Assembly: GCA_964357175.1 (NCBI GenBank) | Contig: CAYHJU010000003.1 | Coordinates: forward strand, 1-40,915 | Origin: an uncultured Candidatus Saccharibacteria bacterium | Lineage (GTDB): Bacteria > Patescibacteriota > Minisyncoccia > GWC2-36-17 > CAYHJU01 | Length of the DNA stretch: 40,915 nucleotides | Direction of reading: 5' to 3' | Shown here: one piece after another, positions 26,986 to 33,570 of the stretch | How the letters are laid out: each line of letters starts with the position of its first letter | Position numbering within the stretch: position 1 is the stretch's first letter | Made by a program: the position numbers and the translations under genes | The notes under the pieces: generated by a model | Seen by the model: the letters and a program-made list of their open reading frames with translations, nothing else | What the model was told of the DNA's origin: nothing | Database searches by the model: none

Positions 26986-27708
26986 ATGCCTACGACACAG
27001 GAACAGGCCCGAGAAATTCTGGGCAAGGACTTTTCCTCGATCGGGGATGCCTTGCGCCTCTTTCCGGCACTGGACTACTCGAAGGAACATGAAATGAAAA
27101 TGGCCACAGTTCCCTTTTCGACAGATTTTCTGATGTCCCGAAAGGGAAGCCTGATCATCTGCCCCGGATTCAACAGCCTTGATGACGATCTGTTTTCTTT
27201 ACGGACACTTGATGGCATGTTTTTTGACAGGAGCATGCCGCGCATCTCCCATCACAACAAGAGCGTCCCTCACGACAGGAGCGCCATTCACAACAAGCAT
27301 CTCAAGATGACGGAGAGTCGTCCTGATCCTCCTCTCTGGTCGTGGTCCGGAGGTGAAGATTTTTTCTCTGCCACCGCCGAACTCCGGTGGTACGCCATCA
27401 GCAAGCAACCCAAGGCCCCCTATCAGCACGTTGACATCTTCAGGCAAGACGCCATCATGGAGCCGGGCCGCAGGAGGGAGAACGCGTTTGTATACACATG
27501 GGCCGCGTGGCTTCACTTCCTGCGAACAGGAGAGCTTCTGTGGCCCAACATTTCAGTCTGGACTTCAGACACCCTGACCGACGGAAGAAGGGTGGCCGTA
27601 GGCGGATGGGAAGACTCCTCCAAACCCCTCTGGGTCCTCGAGCCGAGCGACCCCACCATGAACAAGTTTCCAAAAACTGTTCCATCGTACGAACCAAACA
27701 GATTTTAG
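26986..27708 (+). CDS. Hypothetical protein, GC-rich; homolog of 27895..28608
   Basis: 240 aa; SD GAAAGGA; AREILG.DF, VPFS.D.L, HFLRTGELLW, WTSD....GRRVAVG. Sampled 60-nt lines are 50-60% GC. Confidence 0.85.
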   Translation: MPTTQEQAREILGKDFSSIGDALRLFPALDYSKEHEMKMATVPFSTDFLMSRKGSLIICPGFNSLDDDLFSLRTLDGMFFDRSMPRISHHNKSVPHDRSAIHNKHLKMTESRPDPPLWSWSGGEDFFSATAELRWYAISKQPKAPYQHVDIFRQDAIMEPGRRRENAFVYTWAAWLHFLRTGELLWPNISVWTSDTLTDGRRVAVGGWEDSSKPLWVLEPSDPTMNKFPKTVPSYEPNRF

Positions 27709-27725
27709 CCCCATCAAGTGGGCTG

Positions 27726-27754
27726 AGCTCTACCGCGCAAGGTAGAGCTTTTTC
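27726..27754 (+). terminator. Intrinsic terminator
   Basis: AGCTCTACC-GCGCAA-GGTAGAGCT-TTTTC. Confidence 0.8.
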
Positions 27755-27763
27755 TTTTCTCTC

Positions 27764-27799
27764 AATCATTCTCTAATTCGCGCGAATTAGAGAATGATT
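27764..27799. repeat. Perfect 36-bp palindrome
   Basis: AATCATTCTCTAATTCGC|GCGAATTAGAGAATGATT. Confidence 0.9.
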
Positions 27800-27821
27800 A
27801 AAAAACAAGCGTCGAAAAATA

Positions 27822-27889
27822 TTGACAAATTACACGCTCAGATTTATATTATGAGCAGGTTCCTTGAAAACAAATTGGCTAAAAGGAGG
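27822..27889 (+). promoter_or_regulatory. Promoter TTGACA-17-TATATT, boxA-like GTTCCTTGAAAA, SD AAAGGAGG
   Basis: -35 at 27822-27827, -10 at 27845-27850, boxA-like at 27859-27870. Confidence 0.8.
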
Positions 27890-27894
27890 ACGCT

Positions 27895-28608
27895 GTGAGA
27901 AAAAACTATGTCACTTGGCCCGAAGCAAGAGAGATTTTGGGGGAAGAAAACTTTCACGATTTAGTTGGCCTACAAGACATGCACCCCGATTTGCGTCTTA
28001 TGCCCGAAGAATGGAATCAGTTCCACTTGATTCCTTATAGCGCCGATGTTTTAGACGAGCACAGAAAAGAAGTTATTTTGTATCCAGAGATTAAAAGTGA
28101 CGTCAAGAGAAATTTTATAACAACGAAATGGTTTGAAAATAATTTTCCAAATATTTTTTCTTTTAATCAAAAGGGTGTGTTCGACCAATACCCTCATACC
28201 TTGGAAGTGATTAACGCAAAATTAAATTCTCCAATGTTACAAAATAGATGGCGCTTGATTTTTAAAACTTTGGGAGATGATTCTTGCACGCACAAAGACA
28301 AAAAGACGTCTTTTGAGATAAGCGGGATGGGAATGCCCAATTATATATTCGCCGCACTGCTTCACTACACAAAAAGTCGTGAGAAGTTGTGGATTGACGA
28401 CGGTCGACCAATTTTTTGTTCGGAATTACAACTTTTAGTAATCGTGAAAAGCACCTCTTTCCGGTTTGTGTTTTCTGCCTGGACAACTAGTGGCTCGGAT
28501 TTTAAATTAACACTTGCTTCATCCACCTCATCAATTCTGAATAAATGTTCGCGCCCCGCGCATATGCAAATAGTTATGCCAACAAAAAAACCGGCATGGT
28601 GGCAATAG
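27895..28608 (+). CDS. Hypothetical protein; homolog of 26986..27708
   Basis: GTG start with SD; EAREILGEENF, IPYSADVL, LLHYTKSREKLW. Confidence 0.8.
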   Translation: MRKNYVTWPEAREILGEENFHDLVGLQDMHPDLRLMPEEWNQFHLIPYSADVLDEHRKEVILYPEIKSDVKRNFITTKWFENNFPNIFSFNQKGVFDQYPHTLEVINAKLNSPMLQNRWRLIFKTLGDDSCTHKDKKTSFEISGMGMPNYIFAALLHYTKSREKLWIDDGRPIFCSELQLLVIVKSTSFRFVFSAWTTSGSDFKLTLASSTSSILNKCSRPAHMQIVMPTKKPAWWQ

Positions 28609-28624
28609 TAAAAACAAGATTGAG

Positions 28625-28655
28625 TAAAACTCCAGCAAAAGCTGGAGTTTTTATT
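28625..28655. terminator. Bidirectional terminator
   Basis: AAAACTCCAGC-AAAA-GCTGGAGTTTT between convergent genes. Confidence 0.8.
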
Positions 28656-28683
28656 TGTTTATAAGCCTCGCTTTTTCTAAAAA

Positions 28684-29301
28684 TTATTTAACAATATAAA
28701 CCTTATCCATCTTAATCGGATTTATCGGTCTGTCATTTGCGCCTGTTTTATCATTCCCTATTTTATCCACCACATCCTGTCCAGAAATGACTTTCCCAAA
28801 AATCGTATAGTTGTGAGGAAGCGGGGTGTCCGCAAGCATTATGAAAAACTGCGAACCGTTAGTATTGGAGCCGGCATTTGCCATCGCTACCACACCCTTT
28901 TTATATCCTTCTTGATATGATGGGGCGCTTGGATTTAATTCATCCGCAAATTGATATCCTGGCCCGCCCATGCCTGTGCCTGTCGGATCGCCGCCCTGAA
29001 TCATAAATCCTTTAATCACTCTGTGAAAAATTATTCCGTTATAAAATCCCTTATCAGCTAGTTTTATAAAATTCTCAACGGTTTTGGGAGCGTCTTTTTC
29101 ATACAAAACAAATTCGATATTTCCGTAGCTAGTTTCTATCACCGCTTTTTTGCTGGTAGCGATAGAAGGTGACGCGCTTTCAGATGGCGCTGGAGAATTT
29201 TCTGAAACATTTTTTAGATTAGATGGTTGCATAAATATATAAATTAAAAAAATTATAAAAGCCAAGACTAACGCACCGATTGTAATATTTTTTATTGTCA
29301 T
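28684..29301 (-). CDS. Cyclophilin-type peptidyl-prolyl isomerase with N-terminal membrane anchor
   Basis: APKTVENF, FHRVIKGFMIQGGDPTGTGMGGPGY, AMANAGSNTNGSQFFI, YTIFGKV. Confidence 0.95.
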   Translation of the reverse strand: MTIKNITIGALVLAFIIFLIYIFMQPSNLKNVSENSPAPSESASPSIATSKKAVIETSYGNIEFVLYEKDAPKTVENFIKLADKGFYNGIIFHRVIKGFMIQGGDPTGTGMGGPGYQFADELNPSAPSYQEGYKKGVVAMANAGSNTNGSQFFIMLADTPLPHNYTIFGKVISGQDVVDKIGNDKTGANDRPINPIKMDKVYIVK

Positions 29302-29400
29302 ATTTAGTAAATTAGAAAATAGTAAATGGAAGAAAATTTAAAATTAAGCATTGGAAATTGCGTAATTGAAAATTGATTGAAAATTAGAAATTGAAAATTA
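29302..29400. repeat. Degenerate 7-nt-periodic element (half copy)
   Basis: TTGGAAATTG...TAATTGAAAATTGATTGAAAATTAGAAATTGAAAATT units like the right arm of copies 1-3. Confidence 0.6.
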
Positions 29401-29470
29401 TTTTACGTTGGATTCTAGCTACTAAATTCTATTATATATTATATCAATTAAATTATTTTATTCAAATCCA

Positions 29471-29496
29471 ATAAAAAACCTCCGACAAGCGGAGGT
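29471..29496 (-). terminator. Intrinsic terminator
   Basis: AACCTCCG-CTTGT-CGGAGGTT-TTTT on the minus strand. Confidence 0.7.
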
Positions 29497-29509
29497 TAAT
29501 AATCCTTAT

Positions 29510-29737
29510 TTATGGTTTCTGTATTACTTCAAATAATTTCATATTAAAGAGCGCAGGCAACACATTTCCGGCCTCGTCTTTAAGCTGTAAAAAAACATCC
29601 TCGCGCCAACCTATCACGCCCACTACATCAAATTCACATTTAAACATCCATTTTGGAAAATTTTTCTTTTGTTTTTCCACGAAAGAATTTTTGGCCATCT
29701 TAACCCTGCCCTTAGACCATTTTTTAGATTCAGACAT
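29510..29737 (-). CDS. Small hypothetical protein
   Basis: Start moved to ATG 29737 (MSESKKWSKG), with SD GAGG just after the upstream stop. Confidence 0.6.
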   Translation of the reverse strand: MSESKKWSKGRVKMAKNSFVEKQKKNFPKWMFKCEFDVVGVIGWREDVFLQLKDEAGNVLPALFNMKLFEVIQKP

Positions 29738-29745
29738 TGCGCCTC

Positions 29746-30072
29746 TTACGCCCCATCTACTTTCTTTGAAAGTCGATAAAGACACGTCCAGTAAGTCCAG
29801 TATTCTTGGGTTGCGTTTTCAGCCAATTTAAAAGTAACAAACCTTGCGGCAAATTCAGCTGTTCTTCGTGGTTTAGAAGTGAGAATTAAAATTTGTCCAA
29901 TGGGGGCGACAGATCTTTTCGTCAGTTGATCCATCATATCCCCTAATTGATTTCCAGGACCCTTTTCAAAATAAATCATTTCATTGGGAAGCAGGTCTCC
30001 CTCTGAAGGCGGCTTCTTGGAAGCGAGAACCTTAACTCTTGCCCCAGGAATTGCGTCTGCTCTTTTTAACAC
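29746..30072 (-). CDS. Hypothetical protein
   Basis: 108 aa, GTG start, SD GAGGAGGT, own promoter and boxA-like motif. Confidence 0.75.
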   Translation of the reverse strand: MLKRADAIPGARVKVLASKKPPSEGDLLPNEMIYFEKGPGNQLGDMMDQLTKRSVAPIGQILILTSKPRRTAEFAARFVTFKLAENATQEYWTYWTCLYRLSKKVDGA

Positions 30073-30076
30073 AAGA

Positions 30077-30149
30077 CACCTCCTCTTTCTTTTTTGTAAT
30101 TTTTCAAAGACCCGACTATAAGAATATTCAAAATAGTTTATGATGTCAA
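30077..30149 (-). promoter_or_regulatory. Promoter TTGACA-17-TATTCT, boxA-like GGTCTTTGAAAA, SD GAGGAGGT
   Basis: -35 at 30144-30149, -10 at 30121-30126, boxA-like at 30101-30112. Confidence 0.8.
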
Positions 30150-30158
30150 ATTTGTAAA

Positions 30159-30186
30159 TTGCAAAAAGTCACATTTTATTTATAAT
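30159..30186 (+). promoter_or_regulatory. alaS promoter TTGCAA-16-TATAAT, probably giving a leaderless mRNA
   Basis: The -10 ends 7 nt before the ATG at 30194. Confidence 0.6.
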
Positions 30187-30193
30187 ACAAGAT

Positions 30194-31978
30194 ATGACAT
30201 CAAATGAGATCCGAGAAAAATTTCTAAAATTTTTTGAACAAAGGGAACATGCTCGCGCTCCCTCTTCTTCACTTTTGCCAGACGATCCTTCGGTGCTTTT
30301 AACTACTGCCGGAATGCAACAATTCAAGCCGTATTTCACAGGACAAGCCGACCCAATAAAGGATTTTGGCAAAAAAAGCACGACATCTTCTCAAAAATGC
30401 TTTCGCACTTCGGATATTGACGAGGTGGGCGATGAGCGCCACCTGACATTTTTTGAAATGCTGGGAAATTTTTCTTTTGGCGGTTCGCCAGCTGGCGAAT
30501 TAAAAAAAGAAGCAATAAAATACGCCAATGATTTTATAAAAGAACTCGGGCTTGAAATTGATTATGTGACAATTTTCGGTGGCGATCCTGATGTCCCCGA
30601 AGATAAAGACTCAGAAAAATATTGGCTGGAGCTTGGAATTCCGCAAGAAAAAATCAAAAAAATGGGACGCGCGGATAATTTTTGGGGACCTACGGGAAAT
30701 GAAGGCCCTTGCGGTCCGACAACTGAAATTTATGTAAAACCGTCCAAGGAGACCGAAGCCATAGAAATATGGAACGTTGTTTTTAATGAATTTTACTGCC
30801 ATCCAGACAAACATTTAGAAAAACTTTCCACCCCCGGAATTGATACAGGAATGGGACTTGAACGACTGGCCGCGGTCGTCCAAAAAGTTCCGACTGTTTT
30901 TGATACGGATTTATTTGAGCCAATATTAGAAGTTATAAAATCAAAAGAGATTGGTACCCCGGACAGAGATGTCAATGTTATAAAAGCGGAAAGAATTGTA
31001 GCTGATCATATGAAAAGCGCCGTGTTTTTGCTGACTGATGGCATTAGACCATCAAATGTTTTGCAAGGATATATTTTGCGCAGAATAATTCGTCGCAGTA
31101 TCAGGTACGCCAAGATGTTGGGACTTCCGGCTGATTTTTATGCAGACGTGATTGATGAGATTATAAAAATATATGACCACAACTACCCGGATATTTTAAA
31201 ACAAAAAGATGCAATTTTAGATGAACTGCAAAAAGAAATTCAGAAATTTGAAAAAGCAGTTGAACACGGAATTAAAAAATTTGAAGAGTTTTATAATCAG
31301 AAAATTTTTGAAGATGAGGCTTCTGGTGCCAAGTGCGCCTTTGAGCTTTATGAGACATACGGCTTCCCTTTTGAGCTAACCGAAGAGCTTGTGAAAGAGC
31401 GTGGAGGAAAATTGAATAAAAATCTTTTTGAAGACGAGCTTTCACGCCACCAAGAAATTTCCCGCGCGGGAGTTGAGAAAAAATTTGGTGGACACGGACT
31501 AAAATTGGACACGGGCGAACTTAAAGCGGCAAGTGAAGAAGAATTAAAAAAAGTCACGAGACTCCACAGCGCCACCCATTTGCTTCACGCTGGACTGCGC
31601 AAAGTTTTGGGCGACACGATTCAGCAACGCGGATCGGACATTACCGCCGAAAGATTGAGGTTTGATTTTTTGTTTGATAGAAAATTAACAGATGAAGAAA
31701 AGGCGGCCGTGGAAGAATATGTAAATGACGCTGTAACTGCCAATGTTGAAATGATTCATAAAGACGCGCCATACGAGGAGGCAATCGCTTCGGGATTTTT
31801 GGCATTTTTCAGAGGCAAATATCCCGCCATTGTTTCTACTTATGAACTTCCGGGCTGGAGCAAAGAAGTTTGCGGAGGCCCGCATGTTTCACGAAGTGGT
31901 GAAGTGGGAAAGTTTAGAATTATCAAAGATGAAGCGTCCAGCGCTGGAGTAAGAAGAATCAGAGCGACGGTAGAGTAA
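30194..31978 (+). CDS. alaS: Alanine-tRNA ligase, short form lacking C-Ala
   Basis: LLTTAGMQQFKP, SQKCFR, HLTFFEMLGNFSFG, IDTGMGLER, ADHMKS, editing HSATHLLH and CGGPH. Confidence 0.96.
   Translation: MTSNEIREKFLKFFEQREHARAPSSSLLPDDPSVLLTTAGMQQFKPYFTGQADPIKDFGKKSTTSSQKCFRTSDIDEVGDERHLTFFEMLGNFSFGGSPAGELKKEAIKYANDFIKELGLEIDYVTIFGGDPDVPEDKDSEKYWLELGIPQEKIKKMGRADNFWGPTGNEGPCGPTTEIYVKPSKETEAIEIWNVVFNEFYCHPDKHLEKLSTPGIDTGMGLERLAAVVQKVPTVFDTDLFEPILEVIKSKEIGTPDRDVNVIKAERIVADHMKSAVFLLTDGIRPSNVLQGYILRRIIRRSIRYAKMLGLPADFYADVIDEIIKIYDHNYPDILKQKDAILDELQKEIQKFEKAVEHGIKKFEEFYNQKIFEDEASGAKCAFELYETYGFPFELTEELVKERGGKLNKNLFEDELSRHQEISRAGVEKKFGGHGLKLDTGELKAASEEELKKVTRLHSATHLLHAGLRKVLGDTIQQRGSDITAERLRFDFLFDRKLTDEEKAAVEEYVNDAVTANVEMIHKDAPYEEAIASGFLAFFRGKYPAIVSTYELPGWSKEVCGGPHVSRSGEVGKFRIIKDEASSAGVRRIRATVE
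30484..30499. repeat. 16-nt palindrome inside alaS
   Basis: TTCGCCAGCTGGCGAA; same CGCCAGCTGGCG core as the intergenic palindrome at 37763-37784. Confidence 0.75.
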
Positions 31979-32006
31979 TGTTTGTTTTTAGATAAGATAA
32001 AAAATG

Positions 32007-32031
32007 AAAAAGACGGCAAGAGGCCGTCTTT
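32007..32031. terminator. Bidirectional terminator
   Basis: AAAAGACGGC-AAGAG-GCCGTCTTTT between convergent genes. Confidence 0.8.
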
Positions 32032-32039
32032 TATTTTAT

Positions 32040-32423
32040 TTATAGAAGAGATTTTATTAAAATTGTTTCCTCTTGAGATTCTTGGTGTGACAATTGATTT
32101 TCAACAAAATCAATAAGAAACTTTTTTTCTTCCTTGGTTAAATCCAGATTGATTATTTTATCGTCCCGAGAAACCACAGACCCTCTACACGTCACTTCTC
32201 CCCATGGAGACCTCAGAAACATTCTTATCTTTCTCAAAAAACGCAATCCGTGCGTTTCTCGAGAAATCACGACAGATACATTTCTCGATTCATACAGAAC
32301 TGCAACGAATTGAACACACCGTAGCCAACCTTCTTTCTGCCATTTCAATTTACCATTTTTAATATCTTCAATAATTTTTGACACGAGCTGTCTTTTGGAC
32401 GACCCAGGCTCAAACACGCTCAT
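32040..32423 (-). CDS. Hypothetical protein
   Basis: Start moved to ATG 32423 (MSVFEPG), which has SD AAAGGAGG 5 nt upstream. Confidence 0.7.
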   Translation of the reverse strand: MSVFEPGSSKRQLVSKIIEDIKNGKLKWQKEGWLRCVQFVAVLYESRNVSVVISRETHGLRFLRKIRMFLRSPWGEVTCRGSVVSRDDKIINLDLTKEEKKFLIDFVENQLSHQESQEETILIKSLL

Positions 32424-32428
32424 CCAAG

Positions 32429-32497
32429 CCTCCTTTGTGCCCATATTTCAAAGAACCGCTTGATGTCAACAGTAAGCTGTTTATGATAAAAAGTCAA
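32429..32497 (-). promoter_or_regulatory. Promoter TTGACT-17-TACTGT, boxA-like GTTCTTTGAAAT, SD AAAGGAGG
   Basis: -35 at 32492-32497, -10 at 32469-32474, boxA-like at 32445-32456, SD at 32429-32436. Confidence 0.75.
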
Positions 32498-32553
32498 TGT
32501 CACATATTAGAATGCCACTGGAGATTAAGCTTTTTTAGTAGTAAAATTAAGAC

Positions 32554-33570
32554 ATGATTAAAAACACAAACATTCTTCTTTTTGATTTTGGAATGGGAGA
32601 CGCCAGGGCGACTTTGGTAGAAAAAAGCGAAGCTGGTGTTAATTTTCTCGCTTTTTCCCAAGAAAATTTTATTCTTGAGCAAAAAGAGCTTGTTTTAAAA
32701 GACGCCGCAGATGTGTGCGCAAAATTAAAAGACGATCTTTATAAAAAATCTGGGCAAGAGGCCGGGGAAATTGTCGTAGGCCTACCGCCATCTTTTGTTG
32801 AGTGTGTCAGTCTGAACGAAAAATTTAAAAGAGATGATCCAGATAAAAAAATATCCGCGGAGGAACTGGAAAAAATAGAAAAAGCTCTCGTGAATTTGGC
32901 TTACAAAAAATTAGAGGAGAGCAAAGAGCTGAAAGAAAAAAATTTAGACCACATTTACACAGACTTTAACCGCTACAACATCAATGGCTACCAAATAGAT
33001 AATATTTTAAATAAAACCGGAAGTGAGGTGGAAATTGGCGCCGTGGTTAATTTTATTTCGAGATCCGATCACGATTTTTTAAATCATATTTTAATAAAAA
33101 ATCTATCTTTACCTATCAAAAAAATATTTTTTTCTCCTCTTGAGCTGTCCCGCCTTTACAAATTTAAAAATCCTCAGTTTAGTGCTATAATTATGTATAT
33201 TGCCCAGAAAAGTTCTGCTCTCGTTTTGACACAAAAAGACGCAGCTTCACACACAGAAGCCTTGCCTGAAGGCCTTGAGCAAATACTAGAAGAGAAGTCC
33301 GGAAACGCCTTTGAAAAACAGCTGGAAATTTACTTGAAAAAAATCTGCGCTTTCGGAAACCCGCCTAAAGAAATTTTACTTGCAGGATTGGGCGTGGAAG
33401 AAATTTTAACGCGCCACACATTTCCAGAAAATCTTACACTCGGCAAGTTGGACTTGCAAAATTTAAATCTGGATCCTGAAAAATATAAATGTTTTGGCGA
33501 AAAAGACACCGCAGAGAAAAATTTATCTATTATAGCTTTAGGAGAAAATTTAATTAATTATGACATCTAA
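32554..33570 (+). CDS. Degenerate FtsA-like (actin-fold) protein
   Basis: LLFDFG (cf. LDIG), VVGLP, INGYQIDN...G.EVEI, FSPLELS (cf. EPLA), AIIMYIAQKSS (cf. IDIGGGTT). Confidence 0.55.
   Translation: MIKNTNILLFDFGMGDARATLVEKSEAGVNFLAFSQENFILEQKELVLKDAADVCAKLKDDLYKKSGQEAGEIVVGLPPSFVECVSLNEKFKRDDPDKKISAEELEKIEKALVNLAYKKLEESKELKEKNLDHIYTDFNRYNINGYQIDNILNKTGSEVEIGAVVNFISRSDHDFLNHILIKNLSLPIKKIFFSPLELSRLYKFKNPQFSAIIMYIAQKSSALVLTQKDAASHTEALPEGLEQILEEKSGNAFEKQLEIYLKKICAFGNPPKEILLAGLGVEEILTRHTFPENLTLGKLDLQNLNLDPEKYKCFGEKDTAEKNLSIIALGENLINYDI

Noticed and set aside
26809-27776. Alternative minus-strand and overlapping ORFs in the GC-rich gene
   Set aside because: High GC lengthens off-frame ORFs; the plus frame has the promoter, SD, terminator and a homolog.
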